Positions 1 to 9,047 of a DNA stretch of 58,770 nucleotides are shown here, piece by piece. This stretch comes from an uncultured Polaribacter sp. GTDB taxonomy: Bacteria; Bacteroidota; Bacteroidia; Flavobacteriales; Flavobacteriaceae. A program made the position numbers and the translations under genes. The notes below the pieces were generated by a model that saw nothing but the letters and a program-made list of their open reading frames with translations, searched no databases and was not told the DNA's origin. Each line of letters begins with the position of its first letter. The stretch's first letter is position 1. Location of the stretch: contig CAYFJL010000001.1 in assembly GCA_964343335.1 (NCBI GenBank), forward strand, positions 1 to 58,770, given 5' to 3'.

Positions 1-147
1 GCTCTCGTCATGATAAACAGTCAATTCCCTGTCTTCTATCTTGAAGTCAAGCTTTATGATTGTCTCATGACCATCAAGCTTCATACGAATGAGATTCTCC
101 TCAGAAGGACAATCCATTTTCTTGATATGAAAGAGGCTTTTTTTAAC
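1..147 (-). CDS. Host gene, partial (runs off the left edge): HMA-like N-terminus of a probable heavy-metal/cation transporter
   Basis: Manual minus-strand translation KKSLFHIKKMDCPSEENLIRMKLDGHETIIKLDF. MDCPSEE resembles a metal-binding HMA variant. Start codon not resolved. Confidence 0.6.
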
Positions 148-247
148 TGTTGTAAAATTAACGAGAAATGTCGAACCGCTAAAACGTAGTTGCGATAAAG
201 GATAGAGAGAATTTAGTGCCGTTGCCCTGTTTCCAGTTAAAACCAAT

Positions 248-282
248 AAAAAAGCCCTGCAACTCTACGTTACAGGGCTTTT
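248..282 (-). terminator. Rho-independent terminator, probably the original terminator of tRNA-Leu, displaced by the insertion
   Basis: Hairpin AAAAGCCCTGcAAC-tctac-GTTaCAGGGCTTTT followed by a T-run on the minus strand, directly adjacent to the left att core. Confidence 0.75.
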
Positions 283-287
283 AGTAC
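280..287. repeat. att core, left copy (TTTAGTAC)
   Basis: Identical to 58595-58602, which overlaps the tRNA 3' end. Confidence 0.8.
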
Positions 288-416
288 AAGGAAACCGACA
301 AATATCGAACTTTATTATGCAGGATGTGGATATTATTCTTCACCATGCAAAGCTTGTCGGAGTAGCTATATAATATGATAATAAGTCTCTGCGAACTAAT
401 TGCAGGGATTTATGAT

Positions 417-899
417 TTACCCTAAATGTGGTAAGTAACCAATGATGGCACGAACGGTTCCTAAAGTTCCATTTGGTTTAGCACTCAAAGCTCGACCGAT
501 GGCTCCAATGAACCCACCGTCCGAAGGTGTTAACAAACCCGGAGTGGATGAATTGTATAGGTAGTCCCCAATCCTAACTTGTGCTTGATCCATATTAACA
601 TCAGTAATACCTCCATACAATACTTGAATCAATTCATTTGGATTGCCCGGTGTCAAGACTATTCCAAAAGGATGCGGTTGGAATGGATTGTATTGAGGGA
701 ATGCTTCTACTGCATTTTCTTGATTTTCATTTAACCTTACAATATGTCCAGCTTCTAATCTGATAGATGAAGTGTTAAGCATCTCAATTTTTGAAATACC
801 TACTTCACCTCCAGTTCCACCTCCCGGATCCGTTCCACCGGTTAGCTCAACGATGGTTTGACTTGCCTTTACAAAGCGTTGTTTATTGATGTACCTCAT
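417..899 (-). CDS. Putative virion decoration/spike-type protein
   Basis: Gly/Thr linker then a beta-rich domain (GIVL...GDYL...IGRAL) resembling phage cement/decoration domains. Last gene of the operon. Confidence 0.45.
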   Translation of the reverse strand: MRYINKQRFVKASQTIVELTGGTDPGGGTGGEVGISKIEMLNTSSIRLEAGHIVRLNENQENAVEAFPQYNPFQPHPFGIVLTPGNPNELIQVLYGGITDVNMDQAQVRIGDYLYNSSTPGLLTPSDGGFIGAIGRALSAKPNGTLGTVRAIIGYLPHLG

Positions 900-1330
900 G
901 CGTTTTGCGGAGATTGATAATATTGAACTCTTAAAACATGGCTTTTTCCTGCCTCAATTCCGATAACTCGAAAGCTTTCTAAATTCCATCGACCGGTAAT
1001 TTCATAAAGGTCATTATCACCTAAAGCAATACCCGAATTTGCACTTGGGTCACTGCCATTTTCTTTGAAACGAATTACTCTTGATTTATCTGCCACACTT
1101 GCATCTGCCTCAATGGATATGGTGGCTGAAATGGCATTTTCAGGAATGGTCAATTGAGCCACTTCTGTATCGTTCACTGACAAGTCTTCATAACCTTGTT
1201 CCGTTTCAGGAATAGTGAACCTTCCGTTTTCACCGCTTTGAATCAGTATCAATTCTTCCAAGTAATCCAACATGGAAGAGGCGTTGCCATTTCGATAGGC
1301 GTTTTTATGTACTCTTGTTGCTTCGCTCAT
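896..1330 (-). CDS. Hypothetical beta-rich protein, putative minor virion protein
   Basis: Translationally coupled to both neighbours, alternating hydrophobic pattern in the C-terminal half. Confidence 0.5.
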   Translation of the reverse strand: MSEATRVHKNAYRNGNASSMLDYLEELILIQSGENGRFTIPETEQGYEDLSVNDTEVAQLTIPENAISATISIEADASVADKSRVIRFKENGSDPSANSGIALGDNDLYEITGRWNLESFRVIGIEAGKSHVLRVQYYQSPQNA

Positions 1331-1866
1331 TATGCTAGGTTTGCTAAGTTTTGTTGTTCAGTCCAAAGCTGTGCAATGGATTTACCTCCACGGTCGTAAA
1401 AATGTGGACGATCTTTAAAAGAAGTCCATCGCCCTCCCCAGGACAAGCCGACACTTTCACCAATTGCTCCAATGGTATTCCATACCGATTCAGGTACTTT
1501 GTAATTCGCTCGTCCATCCACAATAGGAACAATATCTACTGCTACACCTACATTGTGGTCCGACTGTCCGCATTTGGCATTGGTTACAATTCCTCCGGGT
1601 GCTGTTCGCCCTTGTGCATAGAGTTTGTTTTGCTCTTCACAATCACGGTAAGCACTGGTGACTTTAAGCGGAATACCTGCCTTTTGAGCTTTGATAAGAA
1701 ACTTCTCGACCTTCTTTCTTACTTCAGGTCGAAGTTGACGGAGCTTTAACTTTGTTTGAATATCCAGTTTCTTGTAAAGCCAACGGCTTGCAATAGCAAT
1801 GCCGATGACACCTACAAGGATACCAACACCCATAAAGACTACCTTTTTATCTACCTGAACAGCCAT
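1330..1866 (-). CDS. M15-family peptidoglycan peptidase (L-Ala-D-Glu peptidase-like endolysin) with N-terminal TM anchor
   Basis: SAYR..EEQNKLYAQGRT, SDHNVGVAVD and WGGRW..FKDRPHF motifs. Confidence 0.9.
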   Translation of the reverse strand: MAVQVDKKVVFMGVGILVGVIGIAIASRWLYKKLDIQTKLKLRQLRPEVRKKVEKFLIKAQKAGIPLKVTSAYRDCEEQNKLYAQGRTAPGGIVTNAKCGQSDHNVGVAVDIVPIVDGRANYKVPESVWNTIGAIGESVGLSWGGRWTSFKDRPHFYDRGGKSIAQLWTEQQNLANLA

Positions 1867-1869
1867 TTG

Positions 1870-2019
1870 TTATGCTTGTTTTTGACAACTACAACCACCG
1901 CTTTCACCGCTTTGGCATTTGCAGCTCTTTTTCATTCTTAATAGATTGATTGAAATGTTTGCAATGGACAATACCATAAATGTTGCAAACAGGATGTTCA
2001 TTGTTTTATTCTCCTTCAT
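1870..2019 (-). CDS. 49-aa membrane peptide with Cys-rich tail (not in ORF track)
   Basis: Manual translation MKENKTMNILFATFMVLSIANISINLLRMKKSCKCQSGESGGCSCQKQA. Fills the gap between neighbours. Confidence 0.65.
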   Translation of the reverse strand: MKENKTMNILFATFMVLSIANISINLLRMKKSCKCQSGESGGCSCQKQA

Positions 2020-2026
2020 GACGTAC

Positions 2027-2362
2027 TTATTTTATGCGTTTTAGCTCGTTAATTAATTCCTTGTTTTGTTTCTCCATGTGAACCACTTTTTTCTCCAAAT
2101 CTTGGATGCGTTTGCGTTGGTTCTCAATTACTTTCTGTAATGCTTCTGTATGCTCCTCCGATTCTTTAATTCTCTTTTCTAACATTTGCGACCACTGTAT
2201 CCAATTTGCAACAATCTGATTCTCTGCCTGAGCATGTAGGTTGATAGCTTCTGCCAACTTTACTTTTTTATCAGTACGCAGGCGAACAAGGATTTCAAGC
2301 AGCTTCCAAAATCCGGTAGCTCCCAAAATCAGCGTTATTATTTTCCATAGTTCCATAGTCAT
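2027..2362 (-). CDS. Small membrane protein with coiled coil (holin/lysis-accessory-like)
   Basis: N-terminal hydrophobic helix and C-terminal heptad pattern, close to an endolysin. Confidence 0.5.
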   Translation of the reverse strand: MTMELWKIITLILGATGFWKLLEILVRLRTDKKVKLAEAINLHAQAENQIVANWIQWSQMLEKRIKESEEHTEALQKVIENQRKRIQDLEKKVVHMEKQNKELINELKRIK

Positions 2363-2365
2363 CGT

Positions 2366-3706
2366 TTAAGCAGGTGAAGTAGCATTGTATTCGATTGGGT
2401 ATCTAGCGATATAAGGATGAATATTAAATAGCAACTCATCGTTCGGATCTATAAAGGTTCCATTAATTGACACCCTGCCATTACTATCAATATTATAGTA
2501 GAAGGTTTCACCTTTATTGCTAGTCAATGTTCCTGATAAAGCTCCAGTTGGACTATTATTGGGTTTTGGGAAGTTCATCATCCAACCACTAACAAAACCG
2601 GTTCCACCTGTACGCTTTAATCGAATATCTTTTATGAGTATCATATTTCCATTTACTACCGAATAGCGATTTCTTCCCGGTGTATGATACATGGTTGTAC
2701 CAATCTGTGCAGCAGTGATGGTGAGTAGTGATTCTCGATTGAGGTAATTATCCAATCGAGTTTTCAATCTCAATGGCGTAATGGCTCTTTGGTTATCGGC
2801 TCCTAAATCCGTCTCTGCCTGAGTAGCAATTTCGATTAAGCCAATAAGTGTTTCAGTCGCCAGTCTTGAATCTAAAAGGGTTTTCAGCTTCAAAGGTGTT
2901 ATGGCACTCAAATCATCTGTTCCTCCATTCACCAAGGCTTGAGAAGCTACTTTAATAATTCCTGAGATGGTTTCGGTTGCTTGCGAAACATTACTTTGAA
3001 TCACATTCCATGAAGCTCCAACGCTTGCTTGATCACCTCCGGCATTATCAACCAAACAAACAATGACATCCATTTCCTGAACATCTTCTCCGGCAGCTCC
3101 ACCAATTTTACCTCCGGCACTTACCGTATAAGCATCTCCGGCTAAGGCTGCCGGATAATTAGGATTCCCTGAGCAGTCAATAGTTCCTTTGTTTTCCCAA
3201 AGTCCAGTTACCTTATCTGCTACATAGCTTGCAAGCTTTTGAGGGGTAACAAAAGTTGAATTATTTGTTCCGGCATTGACTTCTTCAATCGTGGCAACTC
3301 TTGCTTTTCCTTCAACGGTTTCTGATGCTGTTTCAATGCTAGACTTTAAGCCTGCCACCACTTGAAAGCAAGTGCCGTCAAAAAGCAATAGATAATGGTT
3401 GATAGTTCCCAAATCATCGGCAGCTAGATCCACCAATACACCGTTCACGGCTTTCATTATTGGAACCGCTCCCTTACCATTGATATTGATTGTTGAAACG
3501 CCTGAATTACCATGATTGAATTTCACTTGAATACTCAATCCTTGTCGATAGACATTTTTCAATGCAGGATCTAATTCTAAAACATAGTCATCTGTTCCAC
3601 CGGTTGTAACACCAAAACCACCGAGGCTATTTTCCACCGGAAAATCACCTACATAGTTTAAATCGTTTAGGTTTACATCACTGCTATATCCACCAATTGC
3701 ACTCAT
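2366..3706 (-). CDS. Fibre/spike protein with phage tail-fibre-type repeats
   Basis: Three repeats A(S/T)ET..G...A.......G......TP.(K/R)L and a beta-rich C-terminal tip. Confidence 0.75.
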   Translation of the reverse strand: MSAIGGYSSDVNLNDLNYVGDFPVENSLGGFGVTTGGTDDYVLELDPALKNVYRQGLSIQVKFNHGNSGVSTININGKGAVPIMKAVNGVLVDLAADDLGTINHYLLLFDGTCFQVVAGLKSSIETASETVEGKARVATIEEVNAGTNNSTFVTPQKLASYVADKVTGLWENKGTIDCSGNPNYPAALAGDAYTVSAGGKIGGAAGEDVQEMDVIVCLVDNAGGDQASVGASWNVIQSNVSQATETISGIIKVASQALVNGGTDDLSAITPLKLKTLLDSRLATETLIGLIEIATQAETDLGADNQRAITPLRLKTRLDNYLNRESLLTITAAQIGTTMYHTPGRNRYSVVNGNMILIKDIRLKRTGGTGFVSGWMMNFPKPNNSPTGALSGTLTSNKGETFYYNIDSNGRVSINGTFIDPNDELLFNIHPYIARYPIEYNATSPA

Positions 3707-3712
3707 AATTCT

Positions 3713-4144
3713 TTAATTAAGTATGGCTAAGATTCCTATGATGCCAATGCTTACTCCAAGTCCGGTTCCTAGGAATATCTTATCTCGTTTATGTCGTTTC
3801 ACTTCTGTTTTTAGAAAACCCAATTGCAGGTTCACTTCGTTGTTTACTTCCTGATTATTGGCAATGATGCTTTGATAGTTGATCGCTTGATTTTGGAGCA
3901 ACTTAATAGTCGAATCCTGCTGCTGAATCAAAGAATCTTGCAAAGCCAGTTGGGTAGATTGCTCAACTGTAATGCTGTCCTGATACTTTTCGCCTTCCAG
4001 TTCAATTGCAATTACTTTTGCTTGACTAACAGTAAAGCAGAAAAGTGTATCACTCTGAATGGTGTAAACTGTCGGTTTCAAATTCTGCGAAAAACCGATA
4101 CAGCTCATCATTATCATAATTGCCAATAGCCCTAATCTTTTCAC
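3713..4144 (-). CDS. Secreted coiled-coil protein with C-terminal TM (spanin-like partner)
   Basis: Signal peptide, Gln-rich coiled coil, C-terminal hydrophobic helix, ~95 nt overlap with the upstream gene. Confidence 0.5.
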   Translation of the reverse strand: MKRLGLLAIMIMMSCIGFSQNLKPTVYTIQSDTLFCFTVSQAKVIAIELEGEKYQDSITVEQSTQLALQDSLIQQQDSTIKLLQNQAINYQSIIANNQEVNNEVNLQLGFLKTEVKRHKRDKIFLGTGLGVSIGIIGILAILN

Positions 4145-4415
4145 TTTTTCTGTATTTGAGTTGTTCTAAATCCTTGTTTCGTTTTTTCAATTCTTCTTTA
4201 ATGCCTTCTTGTTTTTCTAGTTGTTCAACAATTTGCTCTTGCAAACCCTGATTAATGGCTAAGAGGCTGTCGTTTTGCTGTTCCAGTTTCTTGATGGTTT
4301 GCTCGTAATTGGGGTTCGGATTAACCGACCTGTCCTGTGAGCTCCAATACCATACAAAACCTATAATGGTCATCAGCCAAAGCAACAAGACTACATGGCT
4401 AAGTCGCATTTTCAT
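4050..4415 (-). CDS. i-spanin-like protein (N-terminal TM plus coiled coil)
   Basis: Type II membrane topology and overlap with the next gene, as in Rz/Rz1 pairs. Confidence 0.5.
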   Translation of the reverse strand: MKMRLSHVVLLLWLMTIIGFVWYWSSQDRSVNPNPNYEQTIKKLEQQNDSLLAINQGLQEQIVEQLEKQEGIKEELKKRNKDLEQLKYRKSEKIRAIGNYDNDELYRFFAEFETDSLHHSE

Positions 4416-4767
4416 TTTCCTTAAGCGTTTTGTAATCCGTTCTTTTACCAGTGATATAGCGGACTAATCCATCTAAAATGAGTTTGTGAAAAACAAAGGC
4501 AAACACGAAGGACTGAAACAGTACTTCGATATGCTTCACTTCATACCCCCGAATGAAATACAGAATCACGGCATAGACTAAACCCACCAATGCCGTCCGG
4601 TATCTTCGCTTGGAAGAAATATTGGTCTTCTGCTTGATCTGATTGGTAAACTTATGTGAGTTGATACCATATCCGATAATGATAAAAGTGAGAATGTAAG
4701 CCCAATCAAGGCTTTTGACATATCCCATAATTTGTGTTGCTATTTCTGTAATAATTCCTGTATCCAT
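4399..4767 (-). CDS. Holin-like multi-TM protein (start revised to MDTGII, 122 aa)
   Basis: Two to three hydrophobic segments and a charged C-terminus. The revised start removes the overlap with the upstream gene. Confidence 0.55.
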   Translation of the reverse strand: MDTGIITEIATQIMGYVKSLDWAYILTFIIIGYGINSHKFTNQIKQKTNISSKRRYRTALVGLVYAVILYFIRGYEVKHIEVLFQSFVFAFVFHKLILDGLVRYITGKRTDYKTLKENENAT

Positions 4768-4778
4768 AATTCTTGCAT

Positions 4779-5126
4779 TTATGATTGGAGCATATCCGTT
4801 ATCTGTTTGAGGGCTGCATGCTTTTCTATACCCGATTCGTTTAGCTTCAAAGCCAAATTTTTGAGCTTTTTCTCTTTCCTCTCGGAAGGTTTGGCTAAAT
4901 GCCATCGAGTTAAATTCCATAGCAAAACGTGCTGTTCGTAATCCAATACTTTGAGCTCTTTTTCAAGAAGTTCTTTGTTTGCCTTATCCACCTTTAAATC
5001 CTTTTCCCAACGACTTAATAGGCGTTTAGAAATGACCGTTTTTCCCAAAGGAGAATACGCCCAAGCCACATAACCAGCTCCGGCAAAAACGGATATAGCG
5101 AATAATGCAACGACCTTCTTATTCAT
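4779..5126 (-). CDS. Small N-terminally anchored membrane protein
   Basis: N-terminal TM, coupled to the upstream gene. Confidence 0.6.
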   Translation of the reverse strand: MNKKVVALFAISVFAGAGYVAWAYSPLGKTVISKRLLSRWEKDLKVDKANKELLEKELKVLDYEQHVLLWNLTRWHLAKPSERKEKKLKNLALKLNESGIEKHAALKQITDMLQS

Positions 5127-5326
5127 TATTGAGCTTCCATATTTTTTACAATTCCTCGAATACCAAAAACTATGAGCGTAATCACCAAGCCTGAACCCAC
5201 GAGGTACAAGCTTGTCTTTCTCAAAGTCTCATCGGTCATTGTGATTTTGATGTCGGTTTTTAAGCCATCATCGCTAAACACATTGTCCAAATAGTTTTTT
5301 ATACCTGTTCTTTCTTCTGTTTCCAT
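5126..5326 (-). CDS. 66-aa protein with C-terminal TM
   Basis: LYLVGSGLVITLIVFGI helix, operon spacing. Confidence 0.6.
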   Translation of the reverse strand: METEERTGIKNYLDNVFSDDGLKTDIKITMTDETLRKTSLYLVGSGLVITLIVFGIRGIVKNMEAQ

Positions 5327-5330
5327 GGTA

Positions 5331-5711
5331 TTAGCTTATGGTTTTAAACTTCTCCTGAGACACGGTTTTAGTGCCAAATACCTTCTGAACTGCTGCTTCT
5401 GTTTTTGGACCAAACTTGCCATCGGTATCTAATCCTGATCCTTTTGAGTTCAGATAGTTTTGGAGCTTCTTCACATTGGTTCCACAGGTTCCGAATTTCA
5501 ATGGAAAACTGCTATCAGAATACATGCAACTAAATGAGCGAACTCCTGATGAACTGCTCGAAGTGGTTGTTCCTTTAATGCTTGCAGCAAATTGCTGTTT
5601 CTCTTTTCGTTTTTTCAGAAAATACCATACGCCAAAACCGGCTGCTGTAACTGCCAGTCCAGCTCCAATCCATAGCATTTTATTATCTAATTTGAATGTC
5701 TCTTTCTTCAT
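5331..5711 (-). CDS. Membrane-anchored peptidoglycan-binding (PG_binding_1-like) protein
   Basis: PLKFGTCGTNVKKLQNYLN...DGKFGPKTEAAVQ after a TM helix and Ser/Thr linker. Confidence 0.85.
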   Translation of the reverse strand: MKKETFKLDNKMLWIGAGLAVTAAGFGVWYFLKKRKEKQQFAASIKGTTTSSSSSGVRSFSCMYSDSSFPLKFGTCGTNVKKLQNYLNSKGSGLDTDGKFGPKTEAAVQKVFGTKTVSQEKFKTIS

Positions 5712-5723
5712 GTCTTTTGGGGT

Positions 5724-6131
5724 TTAATATTGAACTACAACTGCATCTTCACGCACATAACCTTCGGTTTTGCCTCCCACAGGTTTGGTCAGTTTTATCC
5801 TGTACCAGTAATAGCCATCTTCACCTTTGAGGCGTTCTAAAATGGTTCCTACCGGATTGCTTTCTGCTTGTGTTAAAAGGTTGTGCGAGAAATCCATGGA
5901 AGTCCAATTCTCATTATCCACCTTGGCAGAACTTCTTACATTCACATAACCTTCCGAACCGTAATGCACCTTTTTACCAATGAGCTTTTGCTCTTCTCGT
6001 TCTTTTTGTTTGCCACTTGTAGTGCGGTTCTTTCGGTTCTTGATAAACTTGTGAACTCCAAATCCTGCAAGTGCTACAACGACCGTGGCTACACCACCTA
6101 TGATTAAATATTTCTTTGTCTTTGCATCCAT
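5724..6131 (-). CDS. Membrane-anchored SH3b-like protein
   Basis: YVNVRSSA...WYRIKL...GYVREDAV pattern after an N-terminal TM. Confidence 0.7.
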   Translation of the reverse strand: MDAKTKKYLIIGGVATVVVALAGFGVHKFIKNRKNRTTSGKQKEREEQKLIGKKVHYGSEGYVNVRSSAKVDNENWTSMDFSHNLLTQAESNPVGTILERLKGEDGYYWYRIKLTKPVGGKTEGYVREDAVVVQY

Positions 6132-6142
6132 AATTCTAAAGG

Positions 6143-6622
6143 TTAATAGCTTTCTAAAATGTCTTTTACTCGTGCCACTTCATCGGCATCATCTAGGTAA
6201 TAAGTGATGTACTCCGCCAAACTGCCGTATTTCATGGCACTGAACATTCTAGAAATCAGAGAAAGGTTATCGGCACTTCCGGCTTCTTCCAAAGCAGAAT
6301 AAATGGCTCCTTCATCATCATTGTACCAGGAACCGGCATCATAAATTTGGGTAGCCAGTTGTTTTGCTCTATCGTGGGAAAGTGTAATTTTTTCCGGACG
6401 AGCATAATTCGGATCAAAGCCTTTGTAGCTCATAATGTCTCGAATCTTCTTGCTGCTTTTACAGTCGGCTATTCCTGTTTTGCAAAGAATCGGGCGTATC
6501 ACTCCAAAGTAGGTTATGCCAATACCCACGAGGATAATTCCCCCTATGATATAAGGGGTAGCCTTGTTCTGTGATAAGCCTTCAACGGCTTTCGCTCCTG
6601 CAACTGCTCCTACCATAATCAT
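6143..6622 (-). CDS. Membrane protein with an annexin-like repeat
   Basis: TM helix followed by IYDAGSWYNDDEGAIYSAL...ISRMF...YGSLAEYI, resembling one annexin repeat. Confidence 0.5.
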   Translation of the reverse strand: MIMVGAVAGAKAVEGLSQNKATPYIIGGIILVGIGITYFGVIRPILCKTGIADCKSSKKIRDIMSYKGFDPNYARPEKITLSHDRAKQLATQIYDAGSWYNDDEGAIYSALEEAGSADNLSLISRMFSAMKYGSLAEYITYYLDDADEVARVKDILESY

Positions 6623-6626
6623 TGAT

Positions 6627-6812
6627 TTATATGCCTATAATTTCTTCCGTGGTTTCTTTTACTTCACTTTTGGTTAAGCCATTATCTTCCAAAAAGGACT
6701 TCAAGCGGTTTTTGATTTGCTCTTCCTTTTTAAGAGCCGTTTGCTTGTCGTATTTAATGTAGATTTGTCTGCCTAGCCAAAAGCCTATTGCCAATGTGAT
6801 TACTGTTCTCAT
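6627..6812 (-). CDS. 61-aa small membrane protein (start revised to MRTVITLAIG)
   Basis: TAATG stop/start overlap with the amidase gene, N-terminal hydrophobic helix. Confidence 0.6.
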   Translation of the reverse strand: MRTVITLAIGFWLGRQIYIKYDKQTALKKEEQIKNRLKSFLEDNGLTKSEVKETTEEIIGI

Positions 6813-7306
6813 TAGTCTTCTTCTTTGTAAATATTCTTCTCTGAAATACCGATGCTTTCCAACCACTTAGGAACATCAAAACTTGGACAAGCTTTGCTTG
6901 CTCCGGGAGCTTGATTATGACCTAAAACCTGAATATGCGGATGGCGTAATACCATGAACTTTACATAGGTTTCCAAAGTGCCTTTTTGCTCTTTAGTCCT
7001 TGTGTCTTTTGGCTTTTCACCGCTTTCATCAACACCACCTACATACACCACATGCCTTGAATTGCCATTGATACCACGCACTCCATTGGATATTTCCCAT
7101 GGATCCACTTGGTCGTCTTGGTTGAATGGTATGATGTTTACAAGCTCTCCATCGAGGTACACGATGTCCGAATATCCCGGACGGTTCCAACCTCTACCTC
7201 CCAAATGTTTTGGGTTGGTGTGCATGCGAATAATATCGTCCTTGGTAAGCTCTTTTCCTTCAGGACTTGCGGTACAGTGAATGACCAGATAGTTTAATTT
7301 TCCCAT
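6812..7306 (-). CDS. N-acetylmuramoyl-L-alanine amidase (Amidase_2, T7-lysozyme-like endolysin)
   Basis: VIHCTA, YVGG, GHN and KACPSFDV zinc-amidase motifs. Confidence 0.92.
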   Translation of the reverse strand: MGKLNYLVIHCTASPEGKELTKDDIIRMHTNPKHLGGRGWNRPGYSDIVYLDGELVNIIPFNQDDQVDPWEISNGVRGINGNSRHVVYVGGVDESGEKPKDTRTKEQKGTLETYVKFMVLRHPHIQVLGHNQAPGASKACPSFDVPKWLESIGISEKNIYKEED

Positions 7307-7310
7307 TGTT

Positions 7311-9047
7311 TTAAATTTTAATTGTTGGTATTAAATATTTGAATTGAAGCTGTTTGTAATAGACCAAAATGGTAATGGTCTGTCCTGGAGCTATTTTAAA
7401 CTCCCATGTCGATTTACCATCAATCACATCACCACGAACGGCTGTTACTTCCGCTACATCAAGGTAGTTTTGTGGACTTTTGTAATTGTTGAATGAAATC
7501 GGGGTAACGTGTTGTTTTCCTGTTGGACTTTGGTGAATCAGTTTTAAGCCACTTGCTCGGTTTTCATCGGAAAACACAAACTTGGCATGCTTCACCAGTG
7601 CAGGTTTGAACTGAAATTCAGCACGTTTTTCAGGGTAACTTTCATTTATGGTGATGTCGCTACTGCTATCGGAATAACCAATAAAAGCGAGGTTGCCACC
7701 ACTTGTATTGGTTGTAAATACCTCGCCACTCGGCAATGCAGCTATACCAATATTTGGTGCATTGTTAAGCGATAAAGTCTCTGAAAGTGTTCCAGTAGTA
7801 GAATAGATATAGGTTAAGCCAGTTTGACTGCTCAACACGTATAAAAATCCATTAACCGGATTATAGATGATTCCACTTGGTTGAAATCCTAGTGGATAAG
7901 TGTTTTCAATATTGTGAGTTTCAGGATTGAGCTCCAGTAATTCATTACTGTTCTTGGCTATTAAAAACAGACTGCTTGAGGCTGTGGTAAACTCAGTCGG
8001 ATAATCTCCTGTGGCATTTATTTCACTTAGCAGATTATCGGCTGTATCAAACACACTTACCGAATCTGAACTTGAATTGCTTACCCAAACCGTTCCTTGC
8101 TGATCCCACACCGAAACTGTTCTTGGATCCTCTCCAGTATTTAAAGTTGCCACTACGTTGTAGCTAGTACTGTCAATTTTGGAAAGCGTATTATCCAATA
8201 AATTGCTCACATAAAAGCAGCTATTTTCAGGATTGTAAGCAATGGAGGTTGGTCGATTTCCAACCGGAATGGTTTGAATAATATTGTGCGTAGCATCCAG
8301 TATTCTAACTGTATTATCAACCGAACAAACTACCCATGCTTCACCATTGGAAGGGTTAAAAGCTACATCCACCGGAGAAACAAATCCGGGATAAACACTA
8401 CCTAAAGCAACGGTTTTTACAATTGCTCCCGATGTGTCCATGATAGTAATACTATCACTCAACTGATTAGCTACATACACTAATCCATTGAAAGAATTGA
8501 AGCCTACATTTTGAGGATGTACACCAGTCTGTACTTCTTGGTTTACTTTGTGATCCTGAACATCTCCGGGCAATGGTTTACTGATAGAAGTACCCATATT
8601 GGCTCCCCACAAATTGATTGCTCTAACCGAAGTACCATTATTGGTAAGGGTAATTTGTGTTTTGGATATTTCAGGTAAATGAGCTGCGTTTTCCTTGTAG
8701 TTCTTCTGAACTTCCAATGCCTTTTGAGCAAAGGCTTTTAATTTCTTTTTCTTGCGTTTGGCTTCATCAAAGTCATTAGAAACATCCATCACACCTGACA
8801 CCGTTCCCCATGTTTTTAAGTCCTTTTTATAGGCTTTAGCATAGTTGGGGTTTTGAGCCATTAATGCCTGATGAATACGAGCATTGGAAATGCCAATAAA
8901 GTTGCTTTCGGTATCATCACCGTGCAACTTAGTTTCTTTGTCCAAGTTAGTTATTGGCTTTTTGTCCTTATCGTTTTTGAAAAGGAAATAACCTGTGCCA
9001 ACCACCGCCAAAGCTCCCAATAACCCTATTTTCTGCTTGCTGTTCAT
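7311..9047 (-). CDS. Capsid-paralogue protein with inserted YVTN/YncE-type beta-propeller (putative vertex/spike)
   Basis: About seven repeats of the G..P..(I/V)A(F/Y)NP....(Y/W)V.N..(D/S)(S/T)(I/V/L) type. The flanking segments align by eye with 12977-13876. N-terminal TM. Confidence 0.75.
   Translation of the reverse strand: MNSKQKIGLLGALAVVGTGYFLFKNDKDKKPITNLDKETKLHGDDTESNFIGISNARIHQALMAQNPNYAKAYKKDLKTWGTVSGVMDVSNDFDEAKRKKKKLKAFAQKALEVQKNYKENAAHLPEISKTQITLTNNGTSVRAINLWGANMGTSISKPLPGDVQDHKVNQEVQTGVHPQNVGFNSFNGLVYVANQLSDSITIMDTSGAIVKTVALGSVYPGFVSPVDVAFNPSNGEAWVVCSVDNTVRILDATHNIIQTIPVGNRPTSIAYNPENSCFYVSNLLDNTLSKIDSTSYNVVATLNTGEDPRTVSVWDQQGTVWVSNSSSDSVSVFDTADNLLSEINATGDYPTEFTTASSSLFLIAKNSNELLELNPETHNIENTYPLGFQPSGIIYNPVNGFLYVLSSQTGLTYIYSTTGTLSETLSLNNAPNIGIAALPSGEVFTTNTSGGNLAFIGYSDSSSDITINESYPEKRAEFQFKPALVKHAKFVFSDENRASGLKLIHQSPTGKQHVTPISFNNYKSPQNYLDVAEVTAVRGDVIDGKSTWEFKIAPGQTITILVYYKQLQFKYLIPTIKI

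Noticed and set aside
2366-3706. Tail-fibre repeats as evidence for a tailed phage
   Set aside because: Fibre modules are exchanged widely, and no terminase, portal, tail tube or tape measure was recognised.
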